Source of the DNA: an uncultured Planctomycetota bacterium
Lineage (GTDB): Bacteria; Planctomycetota; Planctomycetia; Isosphaerales; Isosphaeraceae
NCBI GenBank assembly: GCA_963823665.1
Contig: CAWGMQ010000004.1
Location: 1,280,001-1,344,000 of the forward strand
Direction: 5' to 3'
DNA length: 64,000 nt
Notes under the pieces: model-generated
The model's input: only the letters and a program-made list of their open reading frames with translations
Told to the model about the DNA's origin: nothing
The model's database searches: none
Position numbers and translations under genes: made by a program
In this document: one piece after another, positions 10,149-19,211 of the stretch
Numbering within the stretch: position 1 is the stretch's first letter
Layout of the letters: every line of letters begins with the position of its first letter

Positions 10149-10784
10149 ATGACACAAGGCCGAAACGATTGGTGTAGGCGAACGACCTGGACAGAACGTG
10201 ACCAGGACGAGTTTTTTGCACGCAACAGGCGGAGCCATGGCCCAGACAGCAAGGCGCAGTACATGCGCATTCAGGCGCGTACTCTGTATGAAACGGGAGA
10301 GCCGCAGCTCGTGCGGGCTGCACTCGAACTTCTCGAGCGCGCCTGCGCGGAGTACCCCGGCGCCATGGATAGCGCGCTCGCGCTGGAAACCGCGGGGCAG
10401 TGCTGTGAAGCCCTCGAGCGGATTGACGATGCCATCGAATTCTATCGCCGGGCATTGCAACGCGAACGCGAGTTTCCAGGAATCGGGACCAACGCCGGCT
10501 ACCGTTTAGCCAAGGTAGTGGTCGAACACGACCGCTGGCAGTCTTTACCCTGAGGCACTCGCGGCTGCCGAATTCCACGGTGCGCCTATATGCTGAACGG
10601 GGTCCGTGCGATCGTCGCTCATCGCGGCGGTAAAGCGGCTCGGGCACGGTCGTTGGCGAGAGCAGCGCTCGAAGCGGGCGCAATCCAAGACACGGGGCTT
10701 GGTCACGAGCGCGGTCACCTCGGCACGGTGAAGGATTCACGTACGGCCTTCCACAAGATCCTGCTGCAAATCTCGGATGCCTGA
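10149..10784 (+). pseudogene. TPR-repeat protein, interrupted near 10550-10590
   Basis: Helical TPR-like sequence (ALETAGQCCEALERIDDAIEFYRRALQRE). Continues in ORF 10590..10784 after a frame break or deletion. Confidence 0.65.
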
Positions 10785-10906
10785 CTCCAGTTTCAGCAGA
10801 CGTGCCAGTCGCACCACGAAGCGGAAACCTGATACCTTAGCGGGTGGCGAATCATGGCAAAGTACCTCGGACCCGCTCCGCGGGTTGCTGAGCGTCGTCG
10901 TTAGAA
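10779..10906 (+). other. Best-preserved attC-like site (128 bp)
   Basis: GCCTGAC contains the upstream gene's stop codon. TCAGCA[G]AC pairs with GTTGCTGA leaving one extrahelical base. Ends CGTCGTCGTTAGAA; the next ATG is 12 bp later. Confidence 0.65.
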
Positions 10907-10917
10907 TCCTGGTTGCG

Positions 10918-11103
10918 ATGTCAGAATTCTCTAGACTCACCACGAGGCTTGTCACCCCGCTGCTGCGGCAGCGTGGCTTCAAGAAGCACGACGCTTTCGA
11001 GGCTAGTCCGACCCACGACTCGGCTGTCTACCGCCGAGGCGATGTCGAGCTGCAATTGACTTACGCTTTCCATCCTTTTCGCGCTCACCAGGCTGTGCCG
11101 TAA
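10918..11103 (+). pseudogene. Truncated cassette gene (DUF4304-like N-terminus)
   Basis: MSEFSRLTTRLVTPLLRQRGFKK... runs directly into the antisense 3' end of the FRG gene. Confidence 0.45.
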
Positions 11104-11924
11104 TAACGCTTCAGCCACGCGCAAAGTCCGGGTAATCCTGGATAGAGGGTTCGCTCGGAAATGTTGTTTTGGTCCAACATCTCCCGAGCCTCCGACTTCG
11201 CACGCGCGGAAATGACGATTCGCACTAGCAAATCTGGATGCACGGCACAGTGCGTTTGCAGGAATGCCTGCGGCGAAGCGAGACCGCCGTTCATGATCGA
11301 CAGGAGACCTGATTGATTTGCGATCCGGGCATCCAAACTTGGTGGCTCCCAGAGCAACATCAATTCGCCTCCGGAATGGCTCTTATCGAGAGCGTCCAGA
11401 TTTTTGAAATTGTCCTCAAGCAATCGCGTATCGTAGACCCATGCAATGCCTTTCAACTTGGCTGCCCGCGTGTTGTTCTGAGCATTGACGTCACGCAGAA
11501 TCCCGGCATGGAGACACCAGATGACACCGTCTTTCTTCTTGTACCTCTCGTCTCCACAAGCAAAGTGAGCAGCGACGAGAGGCGAGGCGGTCCAGTCGAG
11601 GCACCTTGTCGGCAATCCGTTGTGTTGCGCAACGGCAAGCACGTACCATTCGGACATTTGATCGAACGAGCCAGCGCTGGCATACTTGCGAAATGTGCGA
11701 ATGAGACTCCGTTCGACGACGCCCGGGCGCGTGCTCGCTTTTCGAGGCAGCCTCTGCAAACTCGTTTCGAGATCCCAGCTTGCACAGTCCATTCCGCGGA
11801 AGACATAAGGTGATCGGAGATGATCGCCTTCATTTGGCGCAGACTGAACAATGTCGCGCGAATGAAGCTCCGAGATCAACCGCTTCCACGAAGTCACTCG
11901 TACCTCACGTCCCGGCTGCGCCAT
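11085..11924 (-). CDS. FRG domain protein
   Basis: YVFRGM, LETSLQR, AQHNGLPTRCLDWTASPLVAAHFA, RIANQSGL, NISERTLYPGL. Confidence 0.9.
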   Translation of the reverse strand: MAQPGREVRVTSWKRLISELHSRDIVQSAPNEGDHLRSPYVFRGMDCASWDLETSLQRLPRKASTRPGVVERSLIRTFRKYASAGSFDQMSEWYVLAVAQHNGLPTRCLDWTASPLVAAHFACGDERYKKKDGVIWCLHAGILRDVNAQNNTRAAKLKGIAWVYDTRLLEDNFKNLDALDKSHSGGELMLLWEPPSLDARIANQSGLLSIMNGGLASPQAFLQTHCAVHPDLLVRIVISARAKSEAREMLDQNNISERTLYPGLPGLCAWLKRYYGTAW

Positions 11925-12420
11925 GATCAGTTTCCTTATCTCGTGAAACTCGGTGCGAGCTGGCTATGGTCCCTGAAAGGCGAGAGTCCGCCAACAGTCG
12001 ACGTGATCGTGGACAGCTCCTGATCACTCGGCGTTTCAACATGTTCTGAACGACAGAGATCGAACAGATGGTCGCGATGCCAAGGAAGAAGACGGTTGGG
12101 CACCACAGGAGCAGAGACCAGATGCCCATCCCCAGGTAGGCGCGGGCGAGGAGATTCACGCGTTCGCCTCTGGCCAGCCTTTGCTTCACGCGATCCTTCA
12201 TTGTGAGCAGGAATGCGATCAGTCCGCCGGCGATCGCGGCGAACACGACCCCGATGATCGCCACTCTCCAGTACGTGGTGCGATCTGCGCTCTTTTCTTG
12301 CCGGAGGAATACTGAGCCTGTGATGTAGGCCGCGACGACAACGCCGCAAACGCCCTTGAGCCAGGTCGATCGATCGCCACGAAAAATCTCGTCGAACTTT
12401 CTGTGGAAGGGTAACCGCAT
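11905..12420 (-). CDS. Hypothetical membrane protein (about 3 TM helices)
   Basis: Three hydrophobic stretches. The 3' tail overlapping the FRG start is doubtful. Confidence 0.6.
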   Translation of the reverse strand: MRLPFHRKFDEIFRGDRSTWLKGVCGVVVAAYITGSVFLRQEKSADRTTYWRVAIIGVVFAAIAGGLIAFLLTMKDRVKQRLARGERVNLLARAYLGMGIWSLLLWCPTVFFLGIATICSISVVQNMLKRRVIRSCPRSRRLLADSRLSGTIASSHRVSRDKETDHGAAGT

Positions 12421-12583
12421 GGCGCAAGCTCTGGACGTTCCTGGACCAACGTTGATTTGAGGATAGCTCTTGAGAAAGTGATTTTACAGAGTTATTGAGC
12501 TTCGGTGGCACAGCTTGAGAGCGAATGCTCATAAGGAGGAGGGGCGCGGAGACGCCCGATCAGGTGCCATTTGGAGTAAGGCC

Positions 12584-12868
12584 ATGGATCCCATCATGTT
12601 CGGTGTTGGCATATTTGCTTTTGTCCTGGCCGTCGGCCTGGTCGCCGCAGTGACACGCGGGCCGCAAGCGCCCGGGCATTGTCGCGTGGTCGGAGCCGTT
12701 TTTCTGCTGGCGGTCACGGCGTTCTGCGTCTTTGGGTTTCTGGCGACGTTTGAGCCGGCGGACTTCGTGATCATCCGTATCGTCTACTGCGTGGTTGGCG
12801 TCGGTAGTATGACCGGGGCCGGGTGCCTCGTGACGTCGAAAACGACATCGGCCGCGAGTTCTTCGTGA
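12584..12868 (+). CDS. Small membrane protein (3 TM helices)
   Basis: ATG after GGAG. Hydrophobic segments including FCVFGFLATFEP. Confidence 0.6.
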   Translation: MDPIMFGVGIFAFVLAVGLVAAVTRGPQAPGHCRVVGAVFLLAVTAFCVFGFLATFEPADFVIIRIVYCVVGVGSMTGAGCLVTSKTTSAASSS

Positions 12869-12896
12869 GCATCCGGGCGGGTCAGTCGTTTCACCG

Positions 12897-14201
12897 TCAT
12901 GGGCGCGGAATCGCGGATACGACATTCAGCCCCGTCAGCGTGCCGGTACTCGACCCGAACCTATCGGTTTCCACACCGAGCCGTTCGAGCATCGTCGCGA
13001 ACAGGTTGCAGAGTCGGGTGTTGTTGTTCGCGTCGAATGCCACGTGGCGGCCATGCTTGAATCCGCCGCCGGCGAGTAGGATCGGCACATTACGCGTGTC
13101 GTGCGAGTTGGCGTTGCCCAGGTTGCTGCCGAACAAGACCATCGTTCGATCCAGGAGCGGTGCGCCGGCTTCCTGCTTCGATTTCAGCTTGGCGAGCAGG
13201 TCGCGAACAACGCCGAGCTGAGCCTCCTCGATCAAGCGCAACTGAGCGATCTTGGCCGGGTCTTTCCCGTGGTGAGAGAGGTTGTGGTGATCGATGGTGA
13301 CACCCTTGACCGGCGGGACATTGTTGGCTCCCTGAAGAAAGATCGTCATCACGCGCGTCGAATCGGTCTGGAGCACGAGGGGAACCAGGTCGAACAAGAG
13401 CTTCATGCGGCCGATCAGGTCGTTACCGTCGGTGATGTCGCGTGGCGGCGGAATGGCGAGCTTGGGCTTTGGCTTGTGTGCCCACGCTTCCGACGCGGCG
13501 AGCCGCTCTTCCAGCTCCCGGACCGAGGAGAAATACTCGTCGAGCTTCTCGCGATCGGCGGCACCAGCGCGGCGAGTGAGCGACTTCACCTCGGCCCCAA
13601 CAGTGTCCATGATGCTCTGCCCTTCGCGCAATTTGCGTAGCTGGTCTTGCACTTCAGCGGAGGAGCCGTCGACGAAGAGCTGAGCGAAGACGCGTGAGGG
13701 ACGACTTTCGGCCGGGATCATCACGCCGCCGCGTGTGTACGAGAGACTCGGCGTGCCGGTGCCCAGCACGACGGAGCGAAAGCGCGTTTGCAGCCCGATT
13801 TTCTCGGCCGCGAACTGGTCGAGCGAGACGGTATTCTTGAAACCGCCGAGGCCCGGGAAACGGGCCGCGGTCAGCCATGTCATCTCCGAAGTATGGCCGT
13901 TGGCGCCGGTCTGATCGGGATGCGAGAGGCCGGAGAACAGCGTGAATTCCTGTCGAAGATCCTTGAGGATCTCGAGATACGGAGTCGGCGAATAATCTGC
14001 ACCGGTCTCCTTGGGGAACAGGAACGGCGCGTGCAGGCCGAGCGACGTGCAAATGCACACCATGCTCGTGCGGGACGCACCGGCGGCTGCCGCGCTCGAG
14101 CGAGGCAGAAAAGCGTCCAGAACGGGCAAAGCCAGCGAAACGCCCGCGCCCTGCAGGAATCGGCGACGATGTATGGCACGGACAGAAGAGAACGGTGTCA
14201 T
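12897..14201 (-). CDS. DUF1552 protein with Tat-like leader
   Basis: RRRFLQGAGVSLALPVLDA, SGLSHP, SLDQFAA, HHNLSHHG, LLDRTMVLFGSNLGNANSH, NVPILLAGG, FGSSTG. Confidence 0.92.
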   Translation of the reverse strand: MTPFSSVRAIHRRRFLQGAGVSLALPVLDAFLPRSSAAAAGASRTSMVCICTSLGLHAPFLFPKETGADYSPTPYLEILKDLRQEFTLFSGLSHPDQTGANGHTSEMTWLTAARFPGLGGFKNTVSLDQFAAEKIGLQTRFRSVVLGTGTPSLSYTRGGVMIPAESRPSRVFAQLFVDGSSAEVQDQLRKLREGQSIMDTVGAEVKSLTRRAGAADREKLDEYFSSVRELEERLAASEAWAHKPKPKLAIPPPRDITDGNDLIGRMKLLFDLVPLVLQTDSTRVMTIFLQGANNVPPVKGVTIDHHNLSHHGKDPAKIAQLRLIEEAQLGVVRDLLAKLKSKQEAGAPLLDRTMVLFGSNLGNANSHDTRNVPILLAGGGFKHGRHVAFDANNNTRLCNLFATMLERLGVETDRFGSSTGTLTGLNVVSAIPRP

Positions 14202-14228
14202 CGCTTCACCGATCAGAAAAAGTGGGAA

Positions 14229-16650
14229 TTACTTATTTTGGAATGTCTCGCTCTGAGCGATTTCGTGAATGAGGCTGCGCAGGCCGCCCCCCCGGGATTT
14301 GAGGCGGGCCACAATCGCTTCCACCACGTCGCGATCGGCGAACTGGATCGACGCACCGGTGGCATACGTCAGCAGATTCGCAGCCAGGTTTCTCGCCAGT
14401 TGATCCTCACGCTCCAGGAGAAGCTGCTTGAAGTCATCGACATCTGTAAACTTTCGTCCGTCTGAGAGCTCGCCTGAAGCATCGACCGGCGGGCCGAGGC
14501 GGTATTCCCAGATCTCGCGACCACGGAACTTTCCCGGGGGCGAGTCGCCCTTTTCTGCGCGATAGCGGCCCCGCCAACCGCCGATCACATCGAAATTCTC
14601 GAGTGCGAAGCCGGGTGGATCAATTTTCGTGTGGCACGAGGCGCAGCTCGCGACCGAGCGATGCTTGGCAAGCTGCTGTCGAATCGACGTGGCCCCGCGC
14701 GTGTCGGGCTCGAACGCCGGGATGTCGGCCGGCGGGGGATCGGGCGGCTCGCCGAGCAACCGCCTCAAGACCCAGGCGCCCCGAAGCACCGGAGACGAGA
14801 AGGTGCCGTTGGCGGTGACCTTGAGGACGCTCGCCTGCGTGAGCACGCCGCCTCGATGAGAGCCCGCCGGCAGCGGCACGCGCTGAAAGCCTTCACCGAC
14901 CACTCCGGCGATCTTGTAATGTTCGGCGATGCAGCGGTTGAGCATCAGGAAATCGGAATGAATCAGGTTTTTCAGCTTTGAATCGCTGCGCAGCATCTCG
15001 GCGAAGAACGCACGCGACTCGCCGACCATCGCCGCATTGAGGATGTCGTCGAATTCCGGGTAGAGCTTCCGGTCGGGGAGCGTGAAGTCGATCTGCCTCA
15101 GGTCGAGCCACTGGCCGACGAAGTTATCGACGAATGCCCTTGAGCGATCGGAGGCCAGCATCCGCTCGACCTGGCCGCGAAGGACCTCCGGCCGGCTCAA
15201 GCTGCCATCGGCCGCGAGCGCGTGCAGCTCCTGGTCGGGGAGCGTGTTCCACAGAAAGTAGGAGAGGCGGCACGCCAGCGCCCGCGGGTCGAGCCCGCCC
15301 GGCTGCTCTTCCAGGAACAAGAACCTGGGCGAGGTGATGACGGCTCGAAAGGCGACGCCCATTGCGTTCTCGAAGGCCAGGCCGTGGTCGAGCCCCATTT
15401 CGGCGAGTTTGACGAAACGGTCTACGTCGGCAGAGGCGACCGGGCGGCGGAACGCGCGAGAAGCAAAATCGCGCAAGACGGGTGCAATCGCCGCCCGCGG
15501 GTTCTCGGGCGCAACTGCGAACGCGGCGCCGCGGCTCGGCCCAGCGCCTTTCTTCGACGGATTTACCTCTTTAACGGGAAGGTCGCCGAACAAGCGGCCG
15601 ACACTTGGCGGCGGCCAGCGGTCGAACAATGGGCCCTCGACTTCGACCCATTCGACGGCGATGCCGCGGCCAGGATACGTTTCGGCGCCGATTCCCCAAT
15701 AACCGCTGCGGTGGCCTTCTTCGTCGTAGTTGGTGTCGAACGGGCTGAGATTGAGTAAGTGGCCTGCCTCGAGCGTGGCGGCCAGTTCCATCACTCGCGG
15801 CTTCTCGGCGGGCAAGTCGAAGTAGCCGAGCAATTGCTGGGTCTTGAAGTCGGTCGAGTAGAGCTTGAGCCACACAGGCCGTCCGGCGGCCTGGTACGCG
15901 TGCGCCGAGATCCGGATCTTGTAGCGGCCGCGATCGCGAACGATCCACTGGCGGAGGACGGTGGGGGAATTGTCATCGAAGATCACGACCGCATCGGGCA
16001 ACACACGAAAGGTCTTCTTGTCCTTTCTCTTCATATCGTCCCGCACGCTCTCTTCATCGTGATAACGGAGCCGCCTTTTCACGAGCGGCGGGCGACGGCG
16101 GAGGTCCATCGCCGCCGTGATCGCGGCATCGGCGGCTTCCAGGTACTGCTGCATGTGCAGCATCGAGAGCCGCAAGCCCGTGGCGACGTTATCGAATCCG
16201 TCCACCGAGGCATCTTCGGGAAGAAAGTGCTGGAGCGGCACGTCAATCGCTAGTAGGTCGTGCAGCGTGTTCTCGTATTCGACCCGATTGAGGCGGCGGA
16301 GAACCACCCGTCCTTCGGTCTGCTGTTTCGCGAGGTTGGCGATCCGCAGCTCCTCGCCAAGGGATTTGAGGAATTCTGCGCAGCGCGGGCTCGGGTTGTC
16401 GCTTGTTCGGCGGCGGCATCTTGTGCTTCTCGACCTTGTCGAAAACCTTGACCCACCGGTTGAACGTCTCTGGGTCGCCGGGTCGCCACGCGAGATCGAC
16501 GAGATTGAGTCCGCCTTTTTTCACAACGGGGTCATGGCAGGTGATGCAGTGCCCGGCGAAGAGCTCGCCGGCGCTCGCAGCGAAATCGGCGCCGCGAGCC
16601 GCGGATGTCAGTGACAGTGCGATAGCCGCCACAGCGAAGGAACGGAGCAT
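14229..16650 (-). CDS. Planctomycete cytochrome c / DUF1587-1595-1592-1588-1585 protein, frameshift near 16380
   Basis: CITCH and CASCH heme motifs. LRRLNRVEYENTLHDLL, LSYFLWNTLPD, FVGQWLDLR, SPVLRGAWV, IDPPGFALENFD. The usual partner of DUF1552. Confidence 0.92.
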
Positions 16651-16862
16651 CGGAGTCTCCCAACGACCAGCGCAGCGACCCGAAATGTAGGATAGCCCGG
16701 GTCATGCGAAGCGGGCAAGGACGATTCGCCGTGTGGTCGGGCGCCGTGCCGCAAAGAAACTGCGATGCTGGGTTCGGTTCAACCTTCGTTCCTACCGCGG
16801 TGTGCTGTTGCATGGGGTAATCACAGTGCTCCGCACGTTAGCAGGATTGGCGGGATTCACCG

Positions 16863-18432
16863 CTATGCTTTGGCGAAGACAACGATCAGCCCGCCCGGGG
16901 CGAATCTGGCGTTGCCGGCGAGATTCGCGAGTGCGCTGGCGCTCGAGTACCTGGAGTTGACGCGGAGATCCACCGGCTGGCCGCCGGAGAGCATAGTGCG
17001 GGCCGCGATAACTTGGGCCAGGGGCCGATCGAGTGATCGATTGAAGGCAATCTCGACGCCGATCACATGCTTGGTCTTGCCGGTGCCGGCGGTCAGCACC
17101 GTCTCGATGAGCATCGGTTCTCGCCTTCACGACGCTCGCTTGCCTGACGCTTGCCCTGGCCGGGCCGACGGAATTGGTGACGAGCCGGTAGGAGCCGCCG
17201 TACTTTTTGAGCGTCAGGCCGGAATACGTCGAAACTCCCAACCCGGTCGACACGGTGAGGGTATCGCCTCCAGGGACATCGGCCAGCGCGAACGTAACGG
17301 TACCGCCGGAGCCAGCCGTGGCGACGGCCGAGCTGGGCTTGACGGAAAGCGTGAATCCGAACGGAACGCCGGGTGTGACGGGGTAGACCGGTGGGTCCAG
17401 GGCGCCGATTCCATAGCCGTTCGTGTCCGCGAACCAGACGTTGCCGTCGGGACCAGCCGTGATTCCTTCGGGAGACGATCCGAAACCATTCGCAGGGTTT
17501 TTGACGGCGAATGTGGTCATGGCAAACGTCGAGGGATTCATCATGCCGATCGCGGCGGGATTGCCCATCGTGAACCAGATGTCGCCTCCGGGCCCCGCGG
17601 TGATGCCGCCCACCGAGGCCGGCGTGGGAATCTCGGTGATGACATGGGTTGTCGGGTTGATCATCACGATCTGAGATGCAAAGTTTTCGCTGCACCAGAG
17701 GTTGCCGTCGGGACCAACCGCGATCTGGGCGGGCCCGTTGGCGGGCGCCGGCAGCGCGAATTCGGTGACGGCGTGTGTCGTGGGGTTGATCATCGCGATT
17801 GAGTTGGTAAAGCTGAGCGCCACCCAGATATTGCCGTCGGGCCCGGTGGTGATCCCCACCGGCCCGCTGGACGCGCCCGGGATGGTGAACTGGGTGATGG
17901 CACCCGTCGTCGGGTTGACGATCCCGATCCTGCTGGTCGCGATGTCAGTGAACCAGAGATTGCCGTCGGGACCGAAAGTGATTCCGGTGGGGACGGCGCC
18001 GGCGACCGGGTCGGAGAACTCGGTGATCGCATGGGTCGCCGGATTGATCATCCCGATCGCGCCGCCCCAAACGCCATTAACTGGAATCATGTCGGTGAAC
18101 CAAAGGTTGCCGTCCGGCCCAGTGGTGATCCCATTGGCCAATATGTAATTGCCTGGAAGTGTGACCTCACTGACGACGTGCGTTTCCGGGTTGATGATCC
18201 CGAGGTCGTTTCCGAGCCCCTCGGTGAACCAGAGGTTGCCGTCCGGCCCCAGCGTAATCTGAGTTGGCAGGCAGCCGGGGCTCGGCACAGCATATTCGAC
18301 GATGCCCGAAAGCAACTGGCGCGACTCCAGGCACTCGAGGGCCGGCCGACGGCGACGCTTGCCAGTTGATTTTGGCCATGGGCTGTAGGCTCGGAAACCT
18401 GCACGCGATCGATCCTGTCCGTGGAAATTCAT
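16863..18432 (-). CDS. Virginiamycin B lyase (Vgb)-like beta-propeller surface protein with LExLExRxLL leader, frameshift near 17130
   Basis: LECLESRQLLS leader. Seven GPDGNLWF-type blades. The C-terminal domain continues in ORF 16863..17114. Confidence 0.85.
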
Positions 18433-18584
18433 GGCGACCGTCCTTGTCCGTGAGGCAGCTTGGTGGGCTGACGCTGGGCGGCATTATAACGGGGAAAGAG
18501 GAGTTCTCCACGAGAAATATTTGCGAGTTCGTCGCCTTTGTCGGAGAATCTGGAAAGGTTCCCATCGAGGCAGACTATATTCTC

Positions 18585-19211
18585 ATGGACAACGACGCTT
18601 CCTCGTTGCACACGCGGCCAAGTTTGCTGGTACGCATTCGTGATCCCCAGGACGCAGAGTCGTGGAGGTCATTTGTGGAGCTGTACACCCCGCCGGTGCT
18701 CAGGTACTGCCGGCTGCGCGGACTGCAAGACGCCGACGCCGCGGATGTGACCCAGGAAGTGATGGCCCAGGTGGCGCGGTCGATGCGATCGTTCCGGTAT
18801 GCTCCGGAGCGCGGCCGATTCCGCGATTGGCTGGGAACCATCACGCGCCGCAAGGTGAACCGGCATTTTTTGACGAAGAGAAACCTGGGCACGGCCGGCG
18901 GCGGAGGCAGCGATACGCCCGAAAGCATCAATAACCCGAGAGTGATCGAGGCTGACCCAGATTGGAGTGCCGAGTTCAACGCGCAGATCCTTCGAGCTGC
19001 GCTCGAGAGAGTCCGTCCCTTGTTTGGTCCGGCGACGTGGAACGCGTTTGCCGGTGTCTGGCTCGAGGATCGAACCGCGGCCCAGACTGCTGCTGCTCTT
19101 GGCGTGTCTCTCGAAGCCGTCTATGTGGCCAAGTCGAAAGTCTTGAAGCGGCTCGAAGAAGAGGTGCTGACCCTGGCAGAAGACTTCCCAGTGGCGCATA
19201 CGAGACCATGA
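18585..19211 (+). CDS. ECF sigma-70 factor (planctomycete kinase-associated type)
   Basis: TRPSLLVRIRD..D..SW..FVELY.P, DAADVTQEV, RGRFRDWL, VYVAKSKVLKRL. ATGA overlap with the kinase gene. Confidence 0.92.
   Translation: MDNDASSLHTRPSLLVRIRDPQDAESWRSFVELYTPPVLRYCRLRGLQDADAADVTQEVMAQVARSMRSFRYAPERGRFRDWLGTITRRKVNRHFLTKRNLGTAGGGGSDTPESINNPRVIEADPDWSAEFNAQILRAALERVRPLFGPATWNAFAGVWLEDRTAAQTAAALGVSLEAVYVAKSKVLKRLEEEVLTLAEDFPVAHTRP

Noticed and set aside
16863..18432. Streptogramin resistance gene vgb
   Set aside because: Shares only the propeller repeat. The surface-protein leader and C-terminal domain point to a structural or adhesive role.
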